From: Paenibacillus sp.
Lineage (GTDB): Bacteria; Bacillota; Bacilli; Paenibacillales; NBRC-103111
Assembly: GCA_029239545.1 (NCBI GenBank)
Contig: JARBUQ010000001.1
Coordinates: 1 to 41,093, forward strand
Length of the DNA stretch: 41,093 bases
Direction of reading: 5' to 3'
Of the stretch, positions 6,991 through 16,480 are shown one piece after another. Within the stretch, counting starts at the first letter, position 1. Each line of letters opens with the position of its first letter. The notes under the pieces were generated by a model. The model made no database searches and was not told the origin of the DNA. It was given only the letters and a program-made list of their open reading frames with translations. The translations under genes and the position numbers were made by a program.

Positions 6991-8265
6991 ATGTCGTCCT
7001 TGTATTTAGCATGGAACACGCTTCGCAAAAATGATACAAAACGGATCAAATTCACAACCGGATCGTTATTCCAGATTGCGGTTGCAGGGTATGTCGTATG
7101 CTTGCCTGCTCAATTCGATTTTGGAGGTGCATTCCGCTTTGCCCCCTCAGACATGTTCCTGCTTATCGGGCTGTCCGCAGCGGGCATGCAGCTCAAGATC
7201 GATCGCCGCATGTTCAGCTCCTGGCACTGGGGGATGCTGCTGATCTTCTTATTCGCATCCTTCGTAGCGATGTGGCAGAACGGGTTTATATCCAAATATG
7301 CCTTGCTGCAAAAGGATTTTGGATTCGTTCTGCTCCTGCTTACCTACATCATGCTGACTCAAGCGGTGGATAGCTGGGATCGATTGTACCGTTTGCTGAG
7401 GATATTCCTGCTCAGCGTTCTGTGGATGAACGCAACTGCATTATTCGCCTTCTTCAGCGGTGTGCGTGTTCCCTTCATGGTGCAGGATGGCCGGTTATCC
7501 GGCATGTTGATTGATCCGAATGCATACGGCGGTCTACTCGTTACGGCCTTTGCTGTCCATATTATGACGAGCGGCGGCTCGAGACGGCTGCTCAGCGGAT
7601 GGATGAGCCAGCTTGCAACCTTGACGCTGTCAGGTGGAATTGTGATAACCTTCTCACGCTCCTCCTGGATCGGGCTTTTCCTCATCTTAATGACACTCTC
7701 GATTGTGAAGCCGGCTCGCCTGATCAAGGTAGGACTTGGCTTTGCAGCAGCCTTCACGGTGCTGCTTATATACAAGGGCCCGGCTTATCTGGACATCCTG
7801 AGTTCGATGGCGAGTCGGCCTTCGCAGATTCAATCACGGCTTGATATTCTCACCAAGGCGTTCGAGTGGATCGCCCAGAGCCCGCTTTTTGGCATCGGTC
7901 TGGGGACTTACAATCTCAATCTCGGAATCATCATTCACAATACGCCCATGTGGTTTATAACAGAATTCGGCTTATTGGGTTTCCTTGTGTATGGCGGGTT
8001 CATGGTTTGGTTTTTCTTCATCGGCATTCGCTCATACCAAGCAGCTATGCCTGTGCATCGTCCGGTTATATTAGCTTTTCTGTTGTCACATGCCGCGATG
8101 ATTGGTTTGTCTATGGGCATTGAGGCGCTGTTTCAACGGTACTGGTGGTTCATGATGGCCCTGAATGCAGCATGCATTCGACTTACGGCTTTACCGGGCA
8201 GCGATGTAACGCAAGCTCAAGCAATTTCTACTCATGAAGGGAGGGAAGATCTGCATGCAAGATAG
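6991..8265 (+). CDS. Wzy/O-antigen ligase-family polymerase
   Basis: Polytopic membrane protein with RLSGMLIDPNAYG, TFSRSSW, PLFGIGLG, HNTPMWFITEFGLLG; start chosen after a GGGGG RBS (ORF is open from 6934). Confidence 0.85.
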   Translation: MSSLYLAWNTLRKNDTKRIKFTTGSLFQIAVAGYVVCLPAQFDFGGAFRFAPSDMFLLIGLSAAGMQLKIDRRMFSSWHWGMLLIFLFASFVAMWQNGFISKYALLQKDFGFVLLLLTYIMLTQAVDSWDRLYRLLRIFLLSVLWMNATALFAFFSGVRVPFMVQDGRLSGMLIDPNAYGGLLVTAFAVHIMTSGGSRRLLSGWMSQLATLTLSGGIVITFSRSSWIGLFLILMTLSIVKPARLIKVGLGFAAAFTVLLIYKGPAYLDILSSMASRPSQIQSRLDILTKAFEWIAQSPLFGIGLGTYNLNLGIIIHNTPMWFITEFGLLGFLVYGGFMVWFFFIGIRSYQAAMPVHRPVILAFLLSHAAMIGLSMGIEALFQRYWWFMMALNAACIRLTALPGSDVTQAQAISTHEGREDLHAR

Positions 8266-9490
8266 GACTGGCGTTCCACTTAAGGCAGCATGGGTAGCAT
8301 CGATCTATAGACACTTTACCGGTTTCCATATTCCTTATATGAAGCTGCTGCAGCAGAAGGGCTGCGAGGTGCACGCCTATGCGCAATCCGGTGAAGGACG
8401 GGAGCAGCTCGAAGCGATAGGAGTAATCTGTCACGATGTCCCGATTTGCCGCAGTCCGCTTCGCAAGGAGAACCTGAAAGCTCTCGCGATGCTAACGGAC
8501 AGCTTCCGCCAAGAGAAGTTCCAGCTCGTACATGTCCACACGCCGGTTGCTGCACTTCTGGGGCGAATCGCAGCGAGAAGGGCCGGCGTACCTTGTACGA
8601 TTTATACGGCTCATGGCTTCCATTTTCACAAGGGGGCACCGCTGCTGAACTGGCTCCTCTATTATCCGCTCGAAAGAATGATGGCGCGATGGACGGATAT
8701 CTTGATCACTATGAATGGCGAGGATTGGGAGCGGGCCTTGAACTTCAAGGTACAGGGGAAGGTGGTTTACGTCCCGGGTGTAGGGATTGATCTTGAAGCC
8801 TATGGGGGGAAGCTGGAGGACAATCCGAACGGAAAACGCGATGCCAGGCGCAAGCTGAACCTGCCACATCTTCAGAATCAGACTCGGGATGCTTACATCG
8901 TGCTCTGTATAGCGGAATTGAATGCGAACAAGAATCAGAGGCAGTTGATCGAGGCATTAGGAGAAGCGGGTACTCAAGGAAGCGACATCCACCTCGTCCT
9001 AGCGGGAACGGGGCATCTGGAAACAGCGCTGATCTCACTGGCAGAGCGGCTGGGTGTGCAGGATCGGGTGCATATGCTCGGATACAGACGAGACATCCCT
9101 GATCTGCTGCAAGCTTGTGATGCGGTAGCCCTTTTATCCCATCGCGAAGGGCTGCCGCGAGCGATTATGGAGGCTATGGCGGCGGGTAAGCCAGTGCTGG
9201 GCACCCATATTCGCGGCATTCGCGACCTGGTGGCCGAAGGCGTCTCAGGCATTCTGGTTCCTGTCGGCGATAACACTGCGACAGCGGATGCCCTTATCCG
9301 TTTGCGTAATCAGCCTGCGCTGTCGGGCAGAATGGGAGCCGCAGGTCGTGCGCGATTAGTTGACTACAGCTTGCCATCCGTGATGCAGGAGATGGATGTG
9401 ATTTATTCCGATGCGCTGCGAATAAAAGCAGAAGATGAAGCGCCCGCTGCCCAGCCCGTATCGGTAGTGCCACGATCAGGAGAGCATTAA
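8255..9490 (+). CDS. Glycosyltransferase family 4 (EpsD-like)
   Basis: HVHTPVAA, YTAHGFHF, GYRRDIPDLL, EGLPRAIMEAMAAGKPV. Confidence 0.93.
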   Translation: MQDRTGVPLKAAWVASIYRHFTGFHIPYMKLLQQKGCEVHAYAQSGEGREQLEAIGVICHDVPICRSPLRKENLKALAMLTDSFRQEKFQLVHVHTPVAALLGRIAARRAGVPCTIYTAHGFHFHKGAPLLNWLLYYPLERMMARWTDILITMNGEDWERALNFKVQGKVVYVPGVGIDLEAYGGKLEDNPNGKRDARRKLNLPHLQNQTRDAYIVLCIAELNANKNQRQLIEALGEAGTQGSDIHLVLAGTGHLETALISLAERLGVQDRVHMLGYRRDIPDLLQACDAVALLSHREGLPRAIMEAMAAGKPVLGTHIRGIRDLVAEGVSGILVPVGDNTATADALIRLRNQPALSGRMGAAGRARLVDYSLPSVMQEMDVIYSDALRIKAEDEAPAAQPVSVVPRSGEH

Positions 9491-9610
9491 TCTGTTTTAG
9501 GATCCGAGCTTCTGTCCAATTCTTGTCACTTGTAAGCGGCGTGCCAACATGCAGTCTATGGACGCCTGGTTGTTGTTGTGGAAATCATTCGGTCGATGAG
9601 GGTGAAAGAA

Positions 9611-11554
9611 ATGGTCATTAAGACTCGTCTAGTGCGCTTGGCTTTGTTGGATGCGGCAATTGTGGCAGCTTCTCTGTGGTTCGTATTCTCGCTTCGGTTT
9701 GAGTTCGATATCCCTGTGATGTACTTGCACATGCTCCCCTATGCGATTTTGATCCATGTAACGGTGCACACTATTTGCTTCTTCGGGTTTCGAGTGTATC
9801 ACAGCATATGGCGCTACACCGGTATCGAGGAGATGGTATTGCTGCTAAAAGTAAGTGCGCTGACGTTCGCAGGTGTGCTTGCCGCGAATATGCTTGCGCA
9901 TCTTATCGTGCCTTCTTATCGTCTGCCGCTGTCGATTTATTCTGCCGCAGGTTATGTATTCCTCGGTATCGCAGGTTCACGCATGATCAGTCGCCTGCTG
10001 GGCGACCAATTCATGAGAACGAAGGAGCCGCTGACCGAGGGAGCTAAGCTGTTGATCATTGGAGCGGGCAAGGCAGGAATCCTGATCGCCAAGGATATCA
10101 AACATTCTAGATTCAAATTCATGACCCCCGTTGCTTTTGTAGATGATGATCCGGCTAAGCAAAATTTGGAGATTATGGGTTTGCCCATCGTCGGTACACG
10201 CAGTCATATCCCTGAAGCAGTTAAGCGGATGAATATTGACTATATCGTAATTGCTCTCCCAGCTGCCTCTCGCCAGGCGGTAACGGACATTCTCGAAATC
10301 TGCAAATCTACTAAAGCTCAGATCAAGCTGCTGCCCAGCATGTCGGATATTTTGAACGGCAAAATGTCGGTCAATATGATTCGCGAGGTGTCTGTGAACG
10401 ATCTGTTAGGACGGGCGCCCGTTGAGATTAATGGCAAGGAAATCCGGGAAAGCCTGGAGCATGAAACCGTTCTGATAACCGGCGCTGGAGGCTCGATAGG
10501 CTCGGAGCTATGCCGTCAGGTAGCGATGTACAAACCGAAGGAGCTGCTGCTTGTCGGCCACGGGGAGAACAGTATTTATTTGATCGAGGGCGAGCTTCGC
10601 AGGCTGTTCCCGAGTCAGTCCGTACATGCCATTATCGCAGATATTCAGGACATATCCCGAATTGAAAGTGTATTTCACAGCTATCGGCCTACGCTAGTCT
10701 ACCATGCTGCCGCGCATAAGCACGTTCCGCTTATGGAGACGAATCCGGCTGAAGCCATCAAGAATAATGTCCTCGGCACACGTAATGTTGCGGCGGCGAG
10801 TGACAAGTACGGGGTCAAACGTTTCATCCTCATCTCCTCCGATAAGGCGGTCAATCCTACAAGCATCATGGGAGCGACCAAGCGCATTGCTGAGATGATC
10901 GTCCATGATATGAATCTTTCCAGTAAAACAGCCTTCGCGGCCGTTCGTTTCGGCAACGTGCTTGGCAGTCGGGGCAGTGTAATTCCACTGTTTCAGAAGC
11001 AGATTGAGGCAGGGGGGCCTGTAACCGTGACTCACATGGATATGGTCCGCTACTTCATGACCATTCCGGAAGCGGTACAGCTCGTTATTCAGGCCAGTGT
11101 GCTAGTGCAAGGCGGCGAAGTATTCGTGCTGGATATGGGCAAGCCGGTTCGCATATATGATTTGGCCAAAGACTTGATCCGCTTGTCGGGACTTGAGCCG
11201 GAGAAGGATATTCCGATTGTGGTCACTGGCATTCGGCCAGGGGAGAAGCTGTACGAAGAGCTGCTTACGGAAGAGGAAGGGCTTATGGTTACGACCAACG
11301 ATCGGATCATGGTCAGCCGACCCGCAAATATTCCGCGTTCGGAGCTCATGATGGTTCTCGGGATTCTGGAGAATCTGACGAAGAGGTATGAAGTTGCAGC
11401 AGGCAGCTATCAAGTGAAAAAACTGCTCAAGCAGCTCGTTCCAAGCTACCTCGGTGTGCAGGAGGAGCCTCCATCTGTGGAGCCAGATCGTGATCGGGAG
11501 CGCGAACGCGAACAACGTGAACGGGTGAAGGTAGAGCTGCATGCTGGAACATGA
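9611..11554 (+). CDS. CapD/EpsC/PglF-family UDP-GlcNAc 4,6-dehydratase
   Basis: N-terminal TMs, GAGKAG, TGAGGSIGSELCRQ, HAAAHKHVP, SSDKAVNP, VRFGNVLGSRGSV. Confidence 0.95.
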   Translation: MVIKTRLVRLALLDAAIVAASLWFVFSLRFEFDIPVMYLHMLPYAILIHVTVHTICFFGFRVYHSIWRYTGIEEMVLLLKVSALTFAGVLAANMLAHLIVPSYRLPLSIYSAAGYVFLGIAGSRMISRLLGDQFMRTKEPLTEGAKLLIIGAGKAGILIAKDIKHSRFKFMTPVAFVDDDPAKQNLEIMGLPIVGTRSHIPEAVKRMNIDYIVIALPAASRQAVTDILEICKSTKAQIKLLPSMSDILNGKMSVNMIREVSVNDLLGRAPVEINGKEIRESLEHETVLITGAGGSIGSELCRQVAMYKPKELLLVGHGENSIYLIEGELRRLFPSQSVHAIIADIQDISRIESVFHSYRPTLVYHAAAHKHVPLMETNPAEAIKNNVLGTRNVAAASDKYGVKRFILISSDKAVNPTSIMGATKRIAEMIVHDMNLSSKTAFAAVRFGNVLGSRGSVIPLFQKQIEAGGPVTVTHMDMVRYFMTIPEAVQLVIQASVLVQGGEVFVLDMGKPVRIYDLAKDLIRLSGLEPEKDIPIVVTGIRPGEKLYEELLTEEEGLMVTTNDRIMVSRPANIPRSELMMVLGILENLTKRYEVAAGSYQVKKLLKQLVPSYLGVQEEPPSVEPDRDREREREQRERVKVELHAGT

Positions 11555-11587
11555 CTCGTGCAGCATGCGCTTAAGCAGGAGGCGGTC

Positions 11588-12688
11588 ATGAGCAAACGAT
11601 GGAAATTCAGTGTGATCGGGCTGATTATCTTGTTGGTTGGCGTGGGGAGCATGCTGTACGGATTAAGCCCGCAGCGGCATTTTCGCTCGGGTGCTCCGAA
11701 GGCACTGGCCATGCCGCAGCCGATTCCGCACGATTGGGGCAAGAGCGAATACGTGTCGGATGATCAAGCTACAGAGGAGGACAACGAGCTGGATGAGCCC
11801 CTTGCTCGCTCTGACGAATCAGCAGTCCCATCCGATCAGACGCACACCAGCCATACTACATCAATAGCAGCTGCACCAACCCCGGCTGCTTCAACGAATT
11901 CCAAATCGACCCACTCAGCCAATTCCTTCAATGTCGTATTGATTGGAACAGATACGTGGGGAGAAGAGGGCTCGCGGGCAGATACGATTATGGTCGTCCA
12001 TGTGATGCCGAACAGCCGCAAGGTCAATATCGTATCGATTCCAAGAGACACCAGGGTGTACGTCCAGGGCGTAGGTTACACGAAGATCAACCATGCCCAC
12101 AGCGTAGGCGAAGCTAAGGGCGGCAATCATCAAGGAACGCTGACGCTCGCGCAGGCGGTCAGTGATTTCCTGAACATTCCGGTCCATCACTACATCAAGA
12201 CGAATTTTGCCGGAGTCAGCAGCTTCATAGATAAGATTGGCGGAATTGAGATGTACATCGAGCAGGACGTTACGATTACACCGGAGATCGTGATTCGGCA
12301 AGGTGACCAGCATCTGGATGGACAGCATGCTTTGTTCCTGGCACGGGAGAGGTATTCGGTTCCAGGGGGCGATTTTGGTCGTCAGATCGCGCAATTCCGC
12401 ATTGTTCGGGCCGTAGCCAGACAATTGCTGAAGCCGGAGCATCTCCCCGATCTTGCTGCCCTTATTAGCAGCGGGAGGCAGGATTTGATGGACACAAGCT
12501 TCAGCGATTCGGACTTAATCAGCCTGGCCTGGTTGTTCAAGGGGATGGACACGGAAGACTTTGCATATGAGCAAATACCTGGGAAAGACAGCAGCGGGCC
12601 TGATCCCCTCGTCGGAAGCGATGTGTATTACTGGAGCGCAGATCCGGTGCAGGTCCGGTCAATTCGGGAACGGATGTTTAACTCATAG
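11588..12688 (+). CDS. LCP (LytR-CpsA-Psr) family glycopolymer transferase
   Basis: Single N-terminal TM, RADTIMV, SIPRDTRV, KINHAH, ARERY, GDFGR; AGGAGG RBS. Confidence 0.92.
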   Translation: MSKRWKFSVIGLIILLVGVGSMLYGLSPQRHFRSGAPKALAMPQPIPHDWGKSEYVSDDQATEEDNELDEPLARSDESAVPSDQTHTSHTTSIAAAPTPAASTNSKSTHSANSFNVVLIGTDTWGEEGSRADTIMVVHVMPNSRKVNIVSIPRDTRVYVQGVGYTKINHAHSVGEAKGGNHQGTLTLAQAVSDFLNIPVHHYIKTNFAGVSSFIDKIGGIEMYIEQDVTITPEIVIRQGDQHLDGQHALFLARERYSVPGGDFGRQIAQFRIVRAVARQLLKPEHLPDLAALISSGRQDLMDTSFSDSDLISLAWLFKGMDTEDFAYEQIPGKDSSGPDPLVGSDVYYWSADPVQVRSIRERMFNS

Positions 12689-12728
12689 CGGCAACATGGT
12701 CACATGTAAAAGGTTAAGGAGGAGTTCG

Positions 12729-13361
12729 ATGTACCGTATGCTCAAGCGAAGCTGCGATATTGTGGGAGCCATTATCTTATTATGTATTTTCTCACCCGTT
12801 ATGGCTGTAGTGGCCCTGCTCATTCGCATTAAATTAGGAAGCCCGATTTTATTCAAGCAGCAAAGACCCGGTTTGGCAGAGCGTCCCTTTGAGATTTATA
12901 AGTTCCGTACAATGGCCGTCCTGTATGGACCGGATGGCGAGCTCTTATCCGATGAGTGCAGGTATAGCAAATTCGGGGGAGTGATCCGCAGATTGAGCCT
13001 CGATGAGCTGCCGCAGTTCCTCAACGTATTGAAAGGGGATATGAGCCTGATTGGACCGCGCCCGCTGCTCATGAGGTACACCCCTTATTATTCCGAGAGG
13101 GAACGGCTTCGGTTCACAGTAAGGCCAGGTGTTACTGGACTCGCCCAAGTATCAGGACGCAATAAACTGTCATGGAATGACCGGCTATCACTGGATGTAA
13201 CCTATGTGGAACAGCTTAGCTTCCAACAGGATTTTCGCATTCTATGGAAGACCGTACAGAAAGTTGTTCGTCAGGAGGATGTAGTTGAGAATCCCAGCCT
13301 GCATGACCTTCCGTTGGATGCCCACAGGCTGCAGCTGCAGGCGAGGGAGGGCTCCGTATGA
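12729..13361 (+). CDS. Priming phosphoglycosyl transferase (EpsL/PglC family)
   Basis: KRSCDI, FKQQRPG, YKFRTM, SLDELPQFLNVLKGDMSLIGPRP, RPGVTGLAQV; AAGGAGGAG RBS. Confidence 0.95.
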   Translation: MYRMLKRSCDIVGAIILLCIFSPVMAVVALLIRIKLGSPILFKQQRPGLAERPFEIYKFRTMAVLYGPDGELLSDECRYSKFGGVIRRLSLDELPQFLNVLKGDMSLIGPRPLLMRYTPYYSERERLRFTVRPGVTGLAQVSGRNKLSWNDRLSLDVTYVEQLSFQQDFRILWKTVQKVVRQEDVVENPSLHDLPLDAHRLQLQAREGSV

Positions 13362-14164
13362 AGGTGCAGTTCCGCCCGCTCGACTCTGACAAAGATATTC
13401 AGAAGGCATGCCGCTTATTGAGGGACTCCATGCCAGAGAGAGAATACAACCGAACGATCTTCTCCTGTTCCGGGTATCCGCAATATTTGCGGGCCGCGTT
13501 CTGGTGCCGCACCCACGCAGCAACTATGCTGATTGGCGCTTATGACGGGGAGCATCTGATCGGCTTCGCGGAATGGAGGAGACTGGAAACTCAGTTCGTG
13601 CTCAACAATCTGAACGTGGATGCGGCTTACCGCAGCTATGGGATAGGGAGCCGCCTGATTGCATACGGGGAAGAGCTTGCTCTAAAGGAAGGGGTAGGGA
13701 CGCTTACACTCGATGTGTTTGCCTGGAATGAGCATGCTTATGAATGGTATAAGAGGCTGGGCTTCGTGGAGACCAATCGCACTTATTGGTATGAGAGAAG
13801 TCTTTATTCGAGGGGGAACTCACCAGTTATGGACAGTGTGCCTCCATACATAGTAGAGGACTTTCCGATGGCGGAGGCCCATCATGCCGCGTACGGCTTC
13901 TCTTCGCTTCGAATCAGAATGCAGCGAGGGACCATACAAGTCGGGCGACTGGGGGCATCGTATTACCGGCTTCAGACACAGAACGGAGATTGGGATTGGA
14001 ATGGCTCGCTTATAGCGGCTTTAACAGATCTGGATCCAGAGCGCAGATTACTGCTGTTATCTCCCGATGCCGGCTTGGCTCAATGCGACAGTGGACTGGT
14101 TATGATCAGCGAAAGCGTGCGGATGAACAAGAAGCTGGAGGAACGGGCGGTGTATTATGGATAA
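13358..14164 (+). CDS. GNAT-family N-acetyltransferase with C-terminal extension
   Basis: VDAAYRSYGIGSRL acyl-CoA motif, N..AYEWYKRLGF. Confidence 0.8.
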   Translation: MKVQFRPLDSDKDIQKACRLLRDSMPEREYNRTIFSCSGYPQYLRAAFWCRTHAATMLIGAYDGEHLIGFAEWRRLETQFVLNNLNVDAAYRSYGIGSRLIAYGEELALKEGVGTLTLDVFAWNEHAYEWYKRLGFVETNRTYWYERSLYSRGNSPVMDSVPPYIVEDFPMAEAHHAAYGFSSLRIRMQRGTIQVGRLGASYYRLQTQNGDWDWNGSLIAALTDLDPERRLLLLSPDAGLAQCDSGLVMISESVRMNKKLEERAVYYG

Positions 14165-15260
14165 CTTCGAGGTGCTGGATAGCTCTAATAAAAGGGACTG
14201 GGATCATTATCTGAGTTTGATGACAGACAAGGATATATATTTCACCTCTGAATATTGCCGGTTATACGAGATTGAGGGCGAGCAGAAGGCGGAGCTGTTC
14301 GTTTACAAGCGGGACGGGAGGTTGATCCTGTATCCGTACCTGCTTCGTTCGATTCATAATCTTGAAGTTATGCGTGAGCTGGGTATAGGGGGAGATTGGT
14401 ATGATATCAGCACCCCTTACGGCTATGGGGGCCCCATTACCGATGCACCATCAGGACCGGAGCGGGAAGCCTTATTCCGCAGCTTCAATGAAGTATTCAC
14501 TGCTTATTGCCGGGAGCGCTGCATTATAACAGAATTCGTAAGGTTTCATTCCTTGCTGGACAATGTGTTTGATTATAGTGCAGTTGAGTCGCAATTAAGC
14601 CGCAATACAGCATTCATTGATTTGACTGTTGGCTCCGAATCAGAGCTGATCCAGCGGTATTGCCGTAATCATAAGACGAATATTCGCAAGTGGAGCTCGT
14701 CTCCTCTAACGATTCGTCATTCAAGTCAGTTCGCTGATCGAATGGACGCTTTTACCCAGCTGTACTATGGTACCCTTCAGGATTTGCAGGCAGACTCCTT
14801 TTATTATTTTCCGCGGAGCTTCCTGGAGGACACACGCCGCTTGCTGGAAGGCCGTTTGGAGCTGTTTGAAGTGATGCACGGGGAGACAGCTATAGCGGCC
14901 TGCCTGATTATGCATGAATTTCCGCGAATGCACTATCATTTGAGCGGTTGGAATCGGGACTATCTGCATTGGGCACCAACCAAGATGCTCATTCATGCCG
15001 CCGCGCTCTGGGGAATGGAAGCAGGCTTCGAGAAGTTCCATCTGGGCGGGGGGTATAGCGGCAATGACAGCCTGTATCAATTCAAGAAAGGCTTTGGCAC
15101 GAACAATGAGCTTGACTATTATTTGGGCAAACGCGTGTTTTTCCCTGAGCTGTATGAGCAAATCCGGACACAGGGACCCCTGGCTGTACAGGATAGCGCG
15201 TATTTTCCCATTTATCGACATCCACAATTCAGGACAGGTTCGGTCCCTTCACCCCATTAA
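14157..15260 (+). CDS. FemAB-like double-GNAT acyl/aminoacyl transferase
   Basis: DISTPYGYGGP, EFVRFH, YYFPRSF, HYHLSG, FHLGGG, LYQFKKGF. Confidence 0.8.
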   Translation: MDNFEVLDSSNKRDWDHYLSLMTDKDIYFTSEYCRLYEIEGEQKAELFVYKRDGRLILYPYLLRSIHNLEVMRELGIGGDWYDISTPYGYGGPITDAPSGPEREALFRSFNEVFTAYCRERCIITEFVRFHSLLDNVFDYSAVESQLSRNTAFIDLTVGSESELIQRYCRNHKTNIRKWSSSPLTIRHSSQFADRMDAFTQLYYGTLQDLQADSFYYFPRSFLEDTRRLLEGRLELFEVMHGETAIAACLIMHEFPRMHYHLSGWNRDYLHWAPTKMLIHAAALWGMEAGFEKFHLGGGYSGNDSLYQFKKGFGTNNELDYYLGKRVFFPELYEQIRTQGPLAVQDSAYFPIYRHPQFRTGSVPSPH

Positions 15261-15294
15261 ATGAATGAATAATCGGAAGGAATGTGAGCAGCAC

Positions 15295-16473
15295 ATGGTA
15301 GACAACAGCCAGCAGCCACGCATTTATTTGTCCCCCCCTCATATGAGCGGACGGGAAAAGGAATATATGAACGATGCTTATGATTCCAACTGGATTGCTC
15401 CTCTTGGGCCTCATGTGGATGCTTTCGAAAGGGAAATGGCGGAATATACCGGAGCCGCAGGAGCGGTGGCCCTGTCATCAGGAACGGCTGCTATTCATCT
15501 GGCGCTGCGTCTTGCAGGCGTAGGACCGGGTGATCGTGTCATTTGTTCGACGTTAACCTTTGTCGCGAGTGCCAACCCTATTCTGTATGCAGGGGCGGTG
15601 CCTGTATTCGTTGATTCGGAGCCGGAGACGTGGAACATGTGTCCCCTTACGTTCGAGCGGGCTTGCAGGGAAATGAGTGATCAGGGCTTTCCGGTTAAAG
15701 CAGCCATAGTCGTTAATCTGTACGGACAAAGTGCGGATCTGCAGTCCATCATAGAGGTTTGTGAACGATACGGAATCGTCCTTATAGAAGATGCAGCTGA
15801 GTCTCTGGGGGCTACATATAACGGGAAGGCAAGCGGGACATGGGGGCGTTACGGGATCTATTCCTTCAACGGGAACAAGATTATTACAACGTCAGGCGGA
15901 GGAATGCTTGTATCCGACGATCTTGAAGCCCTCGAGCAGGCGAGGTTCTGGGCTACTCAAGCAAGAGATGCAGCAGCCCATTACCAGCATTCCCAGATGG
16001 GATATAACTATCGGCTAAGCAATCTGTTAGCGGCGGTTGGTCGCGGGCAGTTGGAGCAGCTGGACGATCGTGTCCAGGCCAGACGCCGTATCTTCGAGAG
16101 ATATAGGGACAGGCTAGGGGAGATCCAGGGCATTCATTTCATGCCAGAAGCACCGTTTGGCCGCAGTACTCGCTGGTTGAGCGCTATTACGATTGATGAA
16201 GGGGAAGTGGGAGTATCGGCCGTACCGATTCTGGCCAGCTTGGCCCATCATAATATTGAAGCAAGGTCTGTGTGGAAGCCGCTCCATCTGCAGCCGTTGT
16301 TCGCCAGATCCACCTATTTCCCCTATTTTGAGGGATACAGTGTAAGTGATCAATTGTTCGCAAATGGCATTTGCCTGCCCTCCGGAAGCTCCTTGACGGA
16401 GGAAGAGCAGGCGCGTGTCATTGAGACAATCGAGACTTGCATTCAGAATTGGAAAAGTGTTATACGCCGTTAA
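15295..16473 (+). CDS. DegT/DnrJ/EryC1/StrS PLP aminotransferase (EpsN/PglE-like)
   Basis: IYLSPPHM, SSGTAAIHLAL, IEDAAESLG, SFNGNKIITTSGGG, GYNYRLSN, LPSGS; alternative start at 15265. Confidence 0.95.
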   Translation: MVDNSQQPRIYLSPPHMSGREKEYMNDAYDSNWIAPLGPHVDAFEREMAEYTGAAGAVALSSGTAAIHLALRLAGVGPGDRVICSTLTFVASANPILYAGAVPVFVDSEPETWNMCPLTFERACREMSDQGFPVKAAIVVNLYGQSADLQSIIEVCERYGIVLIEDAAESLGATYNGKASGTWGRYGIYSFNGNKIITTSGGGMLVSDDLEALEQARFWATQARDAAAHYQHSQMGYNYRLSNLLAAVGRGQLEQLDDRVQARRRIFERYRDRLGEIQGIHFMPEAPFGRSTRWLSAITIDEGEVGVSAVPILASLAHHNIEARSVWKPLHLQPLFARSTYFPYFEGYSVSDQLFANGICLPSGSSLTEEEQARVIETIETCIQNWKSVIRR

Positions 16474-16480
16474 CGATCGA

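Noticed and set aside
9948-9956. Exact 9-nt match to the spacer seed (CAGGTTATG) inside the dehydratase gene
   Set aside because: Preceded by CCG rather than TTC and does not extend; expected by chance
11480-11530. DRDREREREQRER low-complexity tail
   Set aside because: Simple charged linker with no exact DNA tandem repeat suggesting phase variation
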